A DNA stretch of 64,000 bases. It comes from Sphagnum compactum. Lineage: Eukaryota. The stretch lies in contig OZ234493.1 in NCBI GenBank assembly GCA_965153455.1, positions 32,292,213 through 32,356,212 on the forward strand. Reading direction: 5' to 3'. Position 1 is the first letter of the stretch. Every line of letters starts with the position of its first letter. Below the pieces are notes generated by a model. It worked only from the letters and a program-made list of their open reading frames with translations. It was not told where the DNA came from and did not search any database. Shown here in pieces: positions 10,363 to 24,000 of the stretch. Made by a program: the position numbers and the translations under genes.

Positions 10363-13300
10363 CAAGTCATTTAAATAAATAATATAGCTTATAACAACCT
10401 TTTAGTTTTAGTTCTAAATTAAACCAATTTTTTTAAAGAATAAAATAAAAATTATATATATATATAAAACATGATACGAAAATTGCATCACCAAAAGACT
10501 AGGAAATACACAAAATGTTTGAATAGAAAGATTTTTAAAAAAAAATCATCTGAATTTTTTTGATAATAAACATAAGCACTTGAAAGTTGTTGATGCATTG
10601 GGGCAAATCTATTGATATACTGCCATGTGTCACTTGCTTAAAGGTTTATCGTCCAAATTTCAAATATTTAAATTTCAAACTTTAAGTTGAAATATAGTTG
10701 CATACTAGTTGCAAACAAGTTGAAATGTCATATATATTGGGTGGTGGAAATGTATATACATGGCATGATCGTATGTGTTGTTCAAGGCTGTACATTTGTT
10801 GCAAAGTAGTCGTTGATTAGTAATTAAATTTATCTTAGTTATGATGTAGTTGTTACATGCGATTAAAGTGCAATTTGTTAACAAAGTCAAACATGGTTGA
10901 CTACAACCGTATATAGTGTGTACATTATATTGTGTAAATATACATCTTGCAATTAATTTGCAATTATAATACAACTTCTTGATTTTTTGATGTGATATTT
11001 TATTTATTAATTTGTTGTATTTCCATGGGATAGTTGCAATGTAGTTGTATAGTAATTGTTTTGGAGTTCTGATTATAAGGTAGTTTAATTGCCATAGACA
11101 TAATTTCTCATAGTGATTTGATTTAATACAATGTGATCACATTTGATTGAATTTGGTATTTGTAGATTTCTTTTCTCACCTTGTGAATGAATTGACATTT
11201 TTTGTGTGATGTTGTTTACGAGTTTAGCTTTGTGAAAATTTCAACAAAGATTCTTGATATGTTGATTTGTTTTAAATTTAAAAACAACTTGATATAAGCC
11301 ATGCTCATAGTTCTTTTTATATTTTTAGAATTCCATGCTTCAATGTTTTTAAATATTAAATTCCCTCATTTAGTCATTGATATATATTTAGCCCTTGTAT
11401 GCGTATCATGTATATATTTTCCCCTTGCTTAAAAAATATATTTTATGCAAAATCTTAACGCTTGTAGTTGTTTAATGATTAGTTGGTATTTAAACATTCA
11501 TGTAGACCGTTTGGTCGTGTACAAGTAGGTTGTCTTAATCTTGTTGAATTATAATGATTAATACATTTTTAATGAATCTTAATCAAGGAGAATATATATT
11601 TCACATTGACATTGTTCACATATGTTTTATCCAATGCGCATAGAGGTCAAACCAAATTGTTTAGTTGCACATTATTTCTCCATTGGTAACATATTGAATG
11701 AAAAATGAACTTGTTCAATTCGCCAACTAAATTTGATTATAGGAACTAAACTTGAAAAATACTAAAATTTTCATTTACACAAATAAAAAGGAATTCAAAA
11801 ATGCATAATTGTTCAAGGGTAGATTAACAAATCAAAATTACCAGGGGGAACATTTAGTGTATAGTTTGGGATCTATGTGCATCAAATGATCACTTTTAAT
11901 GGGGATATTAGATAATTGTCCAACCTATTTTTTATCACCCTATTATTATGTTTTTTTTAATATATACATATAAAGCCACCCTATATAAATTATAATTCAT
12001 TAATTCAAATTATTATATACACTATGTTATAATTAAATTGATTATTTGAAATGATTGTACCCTTTTTTAAAAACTAAATAATTTATAAATTTTTACCCAA
12101 CAACCAATATATTGCACCATATATTTTTAATCACATATTTTCTACTTTTTTTTACTAGTGTCCACCTTGTATCAAAATTATAAGGTAGATTATTTTATGA
12201 GAATAATAGTGATTGTTGGATTTTATTGTTTATGGTTGTAGGTCAATAATTTATGATTATTAATAATATATTATAGGAATGGCTCTAAGAAATCACTATC
12301 TTCATTGTTTTAAAAGGTAGTTCATAGTACATATAACCTTCAATGTGTTAGGACATTATTTAGATAAGGATATAGATAAGTGGTGAATTTGTGGCTAAAA
12401 TGTAGCCACCTAAATAAAGTATAAGTTGACTTATATAGATGTTTTGAAGAGGGGCATATAGGAACAAGTTTAATAAAAGACATGGTTTAATTCATTAGGA
12501 ATTTCAATATGGAAAAAATTCATCAAACGAATTTTTTATAAATTTATTATGCCCCATGGGCCAGATCATGCTAAGGGTATCAAAAAAGATTATCTAATTA
12601 TCAAAGGATTGCATATAATTATAATTTCAATAAAATAAAAATGCATTTTGATATTGATTATTGGTCACCATAATTGTATCATCTTAGACTAGTATTATAA
12701 CATCCAATTTAGCATCCTTCAAAAAATCATTCAATTTGGAAAATAAGTTCATGTCCTTAGATGTCCTACAAAATTTGCATTTTTATCATTTTAAAATAAT
12801 AATATGTTATAAGGAATTGTAAGGGATGAAATTTCTTTATTCAAATTGCACCAATTGCATATTAACATAGAATCCATACTATTACATTTGATGTTATTGT
12901 GGGGCAAAACATGCATACCAATATATTTTTTAAAATTACTTATGTGTGATTTAAAAATATTTTGGGGTTGTGTAAAAAAAATGAAAAAAAATGACATCTT
13001 TTAACAATGTTTTCCTTTCAAAGTCTTATTAAAAATATTATTGGGACATGCTCGATTAAAATTTTGAATTTGAAATATGTGTTGGGATAAGAATAATATC
13101 ATTCACATAGGTAGGAATTTGTGATAAAATTTCATTAAGACTACTATTTAAGACCTTAAATGAATTGGCATTAAGGCTCATCTAAACTGTCCATCTTGAT
13201 TTTGTAATTTAGGTCATTTTTTTATGATCTATGGGTTTGGTTTAATAATCATGTCTATATTTGATTTAATTCATCGTTAATATGAAATGAGATTCTTTTA

Positions 13301-15637
13301 TCCATAAGGTTTTGGCTATAAATTTTTCATGCACAAAATTTTCTAAGTGCAAGTTCATTGATTAAATTGGGTGTAACAATGCATCTTGAAACTACAAGAT
13401 CACTAATAGGTTTGACAAATACATGTTGTAATGCTTATAGGTTTCTCAATGATGTTCAATTGAAATGTAATCATTGTAGGTTTCTTATATTTCATCATTG
13501 TGATTATAAGTTGTTGCTATTAGTTTTTTCAAAAATATGTTTGTTCATGATGTTCTTGAGGACATTTCAAAATTGTTGTTTAATGGTTCCAAACTATCTT
13601 TTAATTTACTTCCAGTCCAACCTAAACTGTGTTGGAGCCGTTCCCTTAGTTTTGCATAGATAGATTGTCCATTGGAGATATGTTGGTCTTCAAAGTGTCA
13701 AAGGATGTGCATCCTTAAGGTTCGTAAATGGTGATATGTAAGTTGAAACAAATGGATTCTTTCTTTAAATTCTACATTATGTGTGCATCAAAATGGATTG
13801 ATATTCAAAACATATGTTGTAATCATTGGGTGGTGGATTCTATGGGATGAAGATGATGAACAACTTCAAAATATTTCCAAAATTGAGGTGTACTTCATTT
13901 GAACCCTTATTTTCCATGCTCATGGTTGCTTTGCTTTGAAAATATTATTTGTTATCAAGGTTTGTCAAATGATTAACCTTTATGTGTGGTAGATTGTGTA
14001 AAACTTTAACAAACAACATCATTTACAGCTTTGAATGTTGGGTTTGGAAGATTGCAGGCCATGGAAGTTTTCGATTTAAATGATTGATTCAAAACACAAC
14101 TCTTTCCAGTAATCATGTCATGGCCCATTCATGAGCAAGAAAGACTATTAGAAAAAAAAAACTAAAAAAAATTTAATTGTAAAGGCCAAAGATTAATTAA
14201 GAAACACATGAAATTGGTAGAATAATTAGGTCTTGCATAAACAAAATGAAAAAAACATTTGATTGGAATAGTTAAGGAATGTTCAATTGGAGCAACAAAT
14301 TGAATAACAAGAGAATGTTTTATTAGAATAGCAAAGGAATGGTCAATTAGACCAAGATGTTTCTTTTGTTAAAGAACAAAGGGATTTGATTTACATCGAT
14401 GCAAAAAGATCTAGCACAAGATACATTTGACACCTTAAGTTCACATGATTAGTCAAAACATAAAAATTTAAAGGTCCAAAAGCTTATGTTTGACAAAATT
14501 TTGAAATAACATTACTACAAATTGGGTCTATTTCATTAACCCAATTCTCTAAGCAACTTTAAAAGTGAATAGATTAACATACCCTTGTTTCATTTCACTT
14601 CATTTGAAACTTGAATCATTACATAATCATCATGTTCACTTGTAATCAAAGTAATTCATTAAGGTTATTTTTGGTATTATTAAATTATTGTTTCAATCTT
14701 GAATAAAATTTTATAATTATTCATTAATTTATATATTTCATTATTCATGTATGAAATTATTTATGATTTATTATAACCTTTTAGTGTATCAATTAGCTAT
14801 AATATGATATATTACATGATTGTTTAAACCAAATTTAATTTAATTAAGTAAGAATTTCTTACATATAATTTGAACAAAATTTTATATTTTATTTTGAGCC
14901 TTCATTTGATAAAATGTTAAAACACTTTAAAATAAAACAAGATGAAAATCTAATCTTCATAATGCAAAATCAAATAGTTGATTTTAATATAAAAGTTAAT
15001 ATTACATATATATTTCAAAAATTATTATTATCATATACATAATACATTACGTATGTTGAAAGGTTTTGAACATAATGTTATTATATGTTGATAAATTGTA
15101 TTTAATGAATGCTTATATTATGTTTCATCATTGGCATTTAGTAAAAAATACATAAAAATGAAATAATCAAATTATTTTAATGTTTATGGGACATAATATA
15201 GTTTCAAATTTTTAATGTAAATATTTAAAAGAATTAAGAAAAATTTAAAATTAAAATAAAAATTTAAAATATGATTAAAATCATTTTGTTTATGCTAGCC
15301 ATAATTGTTTTGCAAAAGCAAAATGAAAGATTTCAAAGTTCATTATAAAAAGATTTATTTACAAATCATGTCATTAAATCATTTTGTTTGTGAAGAAATG
15401 TGTTTTGAATCGTTATTAAATAATGACATTTGAATGCCTTTTCCTTTAAATGGCTTGAAATGTGATATCTTTATTTTTATGCGTGTGTATACTTTTGAAA
15501 AACTTCAAGAATGAGTTTTCACTTGTTACGTTTGAACAAGTATGAGAAAGAAAGTACATTTCAAAGTTTGATTAGTAAAACAATTTGGTGTAATTGTGTT
15601 ATATTCAAATTTTAACAAAGCATGATACAATGTTAAA

Positions 15638-15705
15638 TGCTAGTTGGTTGGCAAAGACAATGGATTGTCTCCTTGGAGACCAATGTTCAAACCTTAATAC
15701 CAACA
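15638..15705 (+). repeat. Degenerate tRNA-like/SINE-head relic
   Basis: A-box-like TAGTTGGTTGG (15641) and B-box-like TGTTCAAACCT (15684) at tRNA-like spacing. No acceptor stem. Confidence 0.3.
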
Positions 15706-18700
15706 AACATATGTTGACCACATAAAATATGTATGTTTTAAAATATGAAAAATATAAATAAAATGATAAGAATATAAATATTGCTTAATTATATTACCAC
15801 ATATCAATTTCCTATTTGATCATATGTTAATGAATTCATTTGTCCATACTAACCCATTCTTGATCATTGATAAACATTGCAAGTTAACTACATTTATAAT
15901 CTAATGAATTAATGATGATTTCACCCAAATGGTTAATGAAACTTTTAACGAACTAAAGCCACCTTCTTACTTGTGCAACCATTGTTATAACTTATCATGC
16001 TTGAGTTTGTTACATGAATTGAATTTTTTTTTTGCAATGTGTAATTGCTTGTGAGAGTTTAACATTTGCATCAGATGGTTTGAAATATGGGCTTGGGAAG
16101 AATAGGTATGTAGCTAAGAATGTTGTTGAGGCAATGGATGGTGACTTTAGAAGCAAGTATTAGTATCAAAGTGGAATCAAACTGTGTGAGATGTAAAAGA
16201 AAACCAAGAAAAGGTCTACCAAGTGATGATAATTATTAGATGCTCAAGTTGAGGAAAAAAATGGGCAAAGGGAAATTGAAAACAACAATCAAATTCTCAA
16301 TCAAAAGAGGTGAAGGAAATCATTTAAAATGGTGGATAGTTCAGACACGAGTTATTTTGGAAATTGACTCATCAAAAGACTTTTGAACAACATTTTGGTC
16401 ATTTCTTTGAAGAAAGTCAAGTACTTTCAAATTATTTTTCTTTTTTCTTTTATAATTTCAAGTGTTGTTTACTCCAATGTATAAACAAGGTTCTTTTATG
16501 AAGCTTTGTAGTCTATTATAGAACAATTTACATTGCAAAGCTTTAATAAGCACATCGCATACTTTAAATGTCTAAGTTGTAGTTTGCATGTGTAGAATTG
16601 ATGCTTATAACTTTTAGATTTTTTTTAAATGTAAAGAGGAATTCACATGTTAGTCTATCTTCTAATTCAAGATCGCCTTGTTAACCTATGGTTCAACTTA
16701 AACATGTAAGTAAGAACAAAAAACTTACTTCTATATTTCTTGATGTTTCTTTGAAATGTACTTAAAAATTTGTCAATAAGTATCGTTTAAAAATATCTTG
16801 TTTGTATTATGTAGAATATGTTTCCTAATGTTTTTTTGAGGATTTAGATAACTTTCTTGAAGAGTCTTTGAATTGTACAAGCCCATTTGTTTCTTGACAT
16901 TTCTTTCAAAAATTCATATGTATCTTTTGCATGTTCCTTAATCTACTCAATGTTCATGCATATTCCTTTGAAATAGTCCTATGGGTTTCTTAAATGGTCT
17001 TTGAGTTATTAATACATGTTTCTTAAATTTCCTTTGAAATATTCATACATGTTTTTTGAGGTTCCCTTGTTTCTTTAAGTTTCTTGAATTTCATTGAGTT
17101 TTTTCTTAGTATAATTAGTCCTATTTCCTTTTGTTTCCTAATATGATAATATTTTGATTTTTTTGATATGTTTTTAAAAAATCTCTTTTGTGTTTCTTGA
17201 TAGATTACTTGAATTTTTTTGTTAAGTCCTAATTGTACAACTTTGTTGTATATGTAGTTTTACTTTTTCACCATGTTCATATCACAACACCAAGACATTG
17301 AGGTTGGGTTGACGTCATTTTCAACTTGAAACTTTATTTTGTCAAGAATCAAAAGGTTCAACACTTGTTGTCAATATCACTAAAAATGATTGAGATTAAA
17401 GTTGGATTTTGCAAAATGTGTGCATAGGTCCTACACAATGGTTATGATTCTAAGTGCTCTTGCGGTTGCAAAACTATTTGTGGGAATCCTTAATTTGAAC
17501 ATTAAATTTGTGGGCACAAAAAATATTAACTATCAAACCAACCAACACACCTTCAAAGCAAGCTCAAAACTATGGGAGAAGATATTGTGTCCTTGATAGG
17601 AGGGTGAACATTTTAAAAGTTGCAATGCATTTAGGGTCAATGTCAATGTTGTGATTTACAAAAATTACCATTATGTGATAAAAAAATAGGTCTTGCCAAC
17701 ATGAATAGGATGACATGTGACGTTTTGAAAAGTTTTTTGCAAGGAACACCAAGGTTAAAGAACCAAAAGAAATAAAAAGGCTAGACCCCCTTGACTAATC
17801 CCATGGAATTCCTAACATTTTTCCTTTTAAAGATGAGGGAATTCATCATCCATAACCATGTGATTATGTGGCAAGAAAAACAATATATGTTGTCTATCTA
17901 GAACATAATAAAAGGGGAAATAATGTTTTAAATAGATTTGCTGAAAATTATAGCTTCAAAATTTAGATGATCAAATTTTTTTATGTACTTTTAATTTTGG
18001 TTTTTTTCTTATTAAGCCCTTTATTTGACGAAAATAATAGTTTAGAAACCCATCTTTTAAATTTAAGTTTTCCATAAGGTAAACTAGGGTTGAAATTTTT
18101 TTAATAATAAAATTTTAATGATAACTTGTAAAATTACTTGTGTGATTCAAGGTATCTTGCCTTCACACTACCTTTGCTGTGTTAATTTATGCAATTATGG
18201 ACTTCCACATGTGCCTATAAGTGTTACACTTTAGTGTGCTTTCGCCCTATACTACTTCTAATGTTAATTGAAACTTTTTTAATAATGAAAATCTTAGCAA
18301 AAATACCTTATGGAATCAACTAACTTATGTGTGTGCTTTTTCAAGATTGCAAAAGCTCAAATAAGGTGTTATATGATCCAAAACATTAGAACCCAAATTT
18401 TGTTTTGTTTTTATTTATACTCACTCTAGTGTAAGTGGCAACATGCACATGCTTATGAAAAGCAATGATCATGTTTTCTTCACTTAAGTAAGTAATTTAT
18501 TTATTAAGCACTTTGAATCCTTATTTTAAGATGCATTATTTTTATAATTCCCAAAAGGAAGGACCATGTCCTTGGTAAATCAATGATAACTTTGTCAAAA
18601 TTAATATCAATTGAACTTTTAATATTACTTAATTGATTAATTTTAAATTCATGCCAATCACATGGTAAGAAGACCTAATGGATTGTACATATGTACACTC

Positions 18701-18706
18701 CACAAA

Positions 18707-18861
18707 CATTATGACAAAATGTGGGTGTAATTCACTTGTCCCCATTTAGTGGATTCGTGAAGATCCACTGAATTCCCACTATGTCATGTTTAGTGGGACT
18801 AGCAAATTCATTCAAAATCCAGTGAAATCACGTGGTGAATAGGGGTCATTTTGTTGGAGTG
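18707..18861. mobile_element. ~155-bp CACTA-derived MITE, copy 1
   Basis: Ends CATTATGACAAAATG ... CATTTTGTTGGAGTG, with 3-bp TSD AAA/AAA. Homologous along its length to 20269-20422. Confidence 0.75.
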
Positions 18862-20109
18862 AAAACTCTAAATCTTTGCAAGTGGATATCCATTTACTTC
18901 TACCATCAATTTCTTTAAAGTTACAAGTGTCATGCAATGTGTTATATGATTCAAAACATAGACAAACCAAGTTCTACTTTGTTTTCAATTCTACCAATGT
19001 ATGTGGTAACATGTGTCCAAAAAATAGGAATCATGTTTTTCACTTGAATTACATGGCCTATGGAGTTTTATTAGTATTTGGACATATTAATGAAGAATTA
19101 GGTAGCACACTTGAAGCTCAAAATATTTCCAATAGGCATTTGTATTGGAAATTTATCACCAATATCATCATTTGGCAATCTTTAAAGGGGGAGTTTTTAT
19201 GTGTGCAAGTTGAAAGGAGTATGACAATGTGATGGCATATGTTGAGTACAAATCTATCCAATAGACCCTTTCTCTTCTCTTGAAGCAAGGCCTTTCCAAG
19301 GTGGGTTGTGGCTAATCATCAAAGATGTAAGGAAATAATGTTTTTCCAGCATGGGTACCATAATATGTAAAAGCAAGTGGAAAAACAATATATAGGTTCA
19401 TGCAAAATAAAAAGCTCTTAATTGTGAACTTGAGTTGGAAACCTTAAATTTGGACCACCAATTTTCCTTAAAAAAAACAAAAACAAAAGGGAGTGGGGAC
19501 TCCATTTGTGTTTAATTTAATCCTTTCAAAATGATATGTGCAAATATTCTAAAAAAGGAGATGGAAATAGAGTGTGTGGGGCATTCTAAAAGCACCTTTT
19601 GTGGCAAAAGTAAATGGGTTAATCACACTTACGACGACAAAACAAGATAAGAATGAATAAATAAAAGATGAAAGTAGAGTAATTTTATGACTCTTTTGAA
19701 ATTAGAATAAACACATACTTATTAGAAAAGGTGGAAAGTGAAAAGATGATAAAGATGCAACAAAATTTCCATTATCTTAACACTTACATAAGAAAAGAAA
19801 AGAAAAATTTCAATTGGGATGGCAAATATATGGTTAAAAAAAAGGAATCTAATTTTAAAAGTGTGAGTCACCATTTTGCCAAAGATAAATTCATCAATAA
19901 TCCTATACTTTCTTGGGATCAATATAGGCATGTCTTTGGCAAGGGATTGGCTTGCTTGGTTGAGCGAGCACATTGAATGCCCACATACACATATTTAGTA
20001 ACTTTTAAAATAAGGTTCTTGCCAATACAAATAAATGGTCATCATTTTGGTTGTAATCACTACTAACGTGGCTTATGTCATTTACTCAAATGTGAATTCT
20101 AATGAATTT

Positions 20110-21065
20110 AGTTTTGATTTTGTTGAATTTGTATTGAATTGCTAATCACAAAGATTATTCAAAATTCAACATCTCTTGCATTTTATGTTTAAAAATTATG
20201 AAATCACTTCCATAAAATCCTATTCATTGAACACTTACCAATTACAATACCAAAAGTGTAAAATGTTTCACTACTACAAAATGTGGGTATAGTTCACTAG
20301 TCCCCATTTAGTAGAGCAGTGAATTCACTACATTCACATTAAATCCCATTCATTAGGAGTAGTGAATTCACTCAAAATCTAGTGAAATCACTTGGCATAC
20401 AGGGACACCTTTTGTTGTAGTGCTTGGTTTTGATTTTATTAAATTTTCATTCATAAAATTGCTCAATATACAATAATTCTTGCACTATAGGTCGAAACAT
20501 AACTACACCACATGTCTTTCCACCCTTATTCATTGTGGGCTTTTTAATGGTACCAAAAGAGTGGTGGGGGGTATTGTCATTTGGGAGATTTCAACGTGAT
20601 AAAAAAATAAACAACCTTCATTAATAGATAAATATTTATTAATGTAGCTTGTGCCACTAGCTTAAATTTGAGCATGAACTTGATGATAGAGCCCAATTGT
20701 GAAAAAAATATTTAAAATCAATTTGTATTGACAAAAAAAATTCAAAATTCAAAATCTCCTTCACCTTAAATTTAAAAATTATGAAATCACCTCCATTAAA
20801 TCGTGCCCATTGAAGAATTTCCAAGTATATCAAAAATGCACCTTCAGTTCTCCAAAAAAATTTAGTTGTGATTTTATCATATGTTTGGTCACAAAGTTAT
20901 TTGATATTCAATAACTTCTAAATTGTAGGTTGAAACAATATGAAACCACCTTGGGTCATTGGACTTATGTATTCATTGATGTCTTTCAAATAATATTAAA
21001 ACCATGACAAGAGGCACCATGGTTTGGGAATTCTCAACATGACAAATAAACAAAACAAAATAAAT
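20110..21065. repeat. Diverged tandem duplication (about 20110-20620 and 20715-21065)
   Basis: Shared blocks in the same order: aatttgtattga; ttcaaaattcaa; tttaaaaattatgaaatcac; tttggga...tcaac.tga.aaa.aaacaa. Copy 1 carries the MITE. Confidence 0.6.
20269..20422. mobile_element. ~154-bp CACTA-derived MITE, copy 2
   Basis: TIR CACTACTACAAAATGTG versus CACCTTTTGTTGTAGTG (15/17 match). Flanks TTT/CTT, a 2/3 TSD match. Internal AGTGAATTCACT palindromes. Confidence 0.8.
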
Positions 21066-24000
21066 TATTTTCTTTCGTACTTAAACGATCCATGAATATT
21101 TAACCATTTAAAAGAAAAAATTTCTTTCTAATGATATGTATATGCCATGCATTTAATCATGGCATTTGAACATGTATATCATGTAGCTATAGATGCTATA
21201 AAACTTTTCTTTTACATTACTTTGGAAATTAGATAAATGTTTTGTTGGTTTAGTTCTAGTGTTTTTGTGTCAATTTTTTGACATGGTAAAGTATATAGAG
21301 AAAGTAGTTTTAAAAAGGCAATAAAAATTGGTCTAATTTTCGACACAAGTGGAAGAAAGTAGATTGATATAATTTAAATTAACATAATAATTAAAAATAT
21401 GGTGTTTTTCTTTGAGTTTATAAGGAGGTGATTACAAAATTTGAGAAACTTTGGTACAATAAAAATAGATAACAAGTATGTTTGAATGATTAATCAAATT
21501 GAGTTTAAACATATTTTTTCATTAGAATTTTGATGTATTGTGTTATAATATTTAAATGTTGAGAACATACAAGAACATTTTAAAGTTATATCATGTTGAA
21601 AATGGAGAATATTCAATAATTCATCTAATTCAGCTACTTGTACACATTTGGATAATTTAAAAAGAAGGGGAAAAATATGGTTATTTAAAAAAAATCTACC
21701 TGAATGCATATTAAATATGTGATAAATCAACATCATTGTGATAAAACAAAAGATTATCCTCATGTTGATCATTAAATTAAAAAACATTTAACTTTCAATA
21801 CATTAAACCTTGTTTATGGCTACTTGTCTTTTTGTGTGACAAGGAGCAAAAATTGTTTACTTTACTTTGCCAGCACCCTACATCAATAACAAACATCCCA
21901 AGAAGGTTATAGTAGTAAATGGTGTTAGTATTTAGGAACCCAAACATTTTTAAAAACTACGAACCAAATTAAAATATGAATCCAAATGTAGTATATATAG
22001 AAATTTGGCAAATTCTTTCCCTCAAAAACAAAATGGCAACAAAAAGGTTACATAGTCACATCCAACAATAAAAAAAGAGTGTTGGATTGCAAAAAAAAAG
22101 TCAAAATTAGAGAAATATTCTTTTTTTCCATTTAAAACCATGGAAATCATAGCAAGTTGTTGCTTGTTCATTCATATGAATATCAACGAATTCAAACCAA
22201 AAATCCATTTGATAAAATTTTAGGTAAATTAGGTTAAGTTGATTTTGGATATTTAAAATTGAACACTTATTGCGTCAAAAAGTGTCAATTTTGCAAAGAA
22301 CTATCAAAATGAATTGTATAATAAAAGCATTTTGACGGGGAAAAAATTAAGAGGATAAAAACCTGTGAATTAAATTCAAAAGTAGTCATGCTTTAAAAAA
22401 TTTGGAATTCTAAAACTTTCAAAAGTGATCCAAAATTTTAAAGATTCAAGGGTCTTTTATCACATAGAAATGGGGTATATAATGTACATGATGTGTTAAA
22501 AAAATTGTAGCTTATTATACAAGAAAGTAGAAATGTAAAAATTGAATTTTTGGTTATGATTTGGAATTGTTATCATTTTTAAAGACACAATACAAAACCT
22601 ACAAGGAATATGCATACTTTCAAAATTCATACTTATTCAAAAAGATAAACAAAAAGATTGTCATGTATTGGGATAATTATAAACATGTTTGATAATAATT
22701 TACAAAAGATTTTGTTTAAAAATTCATTCGTATGAAAAAAATATTTTTGAACAAAAGGAAATGCAATCCTTGTTTAAAGTAACATTGTTGGCTCATTGTA
22801 TCTTGTTTGCACCCAAAAATAACTTTATTTTTCACATTTGTGCAAAATTTCACACAAAATAAATAAGGATGGTGAATTCTAGATTCAATTTTGGGACCAA
22901 TTGACTTTTTAAAAATTTCTTTTTTGACCTTTTGAAAATGTCGCAAGGTCCCAATATGAAGGTTGATAGTACCAATACTTCATGTTAACTTAAATATCTC
23001 ACTTTCAACTACACAAAAATGCACTCAGTAGTTGATTTATGTAAATTAACGTTATGCAAAGACATGATGAAAATATCCCAATTATGGTAGTTTAATTTAT
23101 TTGGTAGTTGTGAAACCAAAATCACCAAATGTTTGTTCCATCATTATTAGTCAACATTGTAACTATATGGTTATTTATGCGTAACTCAAATGGTAGTAGT
23201 TGGTATTATGGTTAGAATGAGACAAGATTTAATACAATTAAATTGACTTTTATTACATCTGCCACGTTGGTTTGGTCAACTTGGACATTGAAATGTATTC
23301 ATGAATTGGATATGATTAATTGAAAATGGTTTTAGTTACAAAATTTCAAGAAGAATTATCCATGTATTCTTGCACTAATGTATTATGAGCAATTAATATG
23401 TTTTTTTATAAAAAATGTGAATATACTATAAACATATATTGACACGAAATGTCCACAATATTACAAATGTTCACAATTAGACATTTATAATATGTACATT
23501 TATAAACTTATATGGTTTTATACCTATGGTTACATGAATAAATGCAATATCATGCATTTGAGTTACATGATGAAATTTCAAGCTTGCTATGATGTGAAAT
23601 AGTGGAATATTACTCATCCATGGGTTGGACAGGAGATGTTTTATTTCAAAAGTTAGTTGCAATAAAACTTGGTGTTATCTCCCATAATGTTAAGCAAATT
23701 AATATTTAAATCACGTTATGTGAAAAAAAAAAGATCTATGTTAATTAGCAATGACCTAAAAGTCAGGTAACTTCTTTGTTATTCATTCACACCTAGGAAA
23801 ATCATGTTTCAAACCATTTTGTTAACTTAACATTGATTTAAAGCCCCCTTTAAGGGTTGCTACCTAACATCGTGTTTTTATTTTAAGATCTATATTTTTA
23901 AAGATTTGATGTTATTTAATATTCTTGATCTAGATGCAACCAAAAAAAAAGCTTATTTTAACATTAATTTAAGGTCAACTTAGCACTAAGTGCGATTGTA

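Larger units (their letters stand above)
7618..11115. mobile_element. Non-autonomous CACTA (En/Spm) element, ~3.5 kb
   Basis: Left end CAATATGAAAAA (decayed CACTATGAGAAA) and right end TTTCTCATAGTG. Both are flanked by the 3-bp TSD ATT (7615-7617, 11116-11118). Dense GCAACT/AGTTGC subterminal repeats at both ends. Confidence 0.7.

Noticed and set aside
13700..13920. Minus-strand 'FWKYFEV' BED-finger-like fragment
   Set aside because: No recoverable downstream CxxC/His pattern. Probably TE debris, but unsupported.
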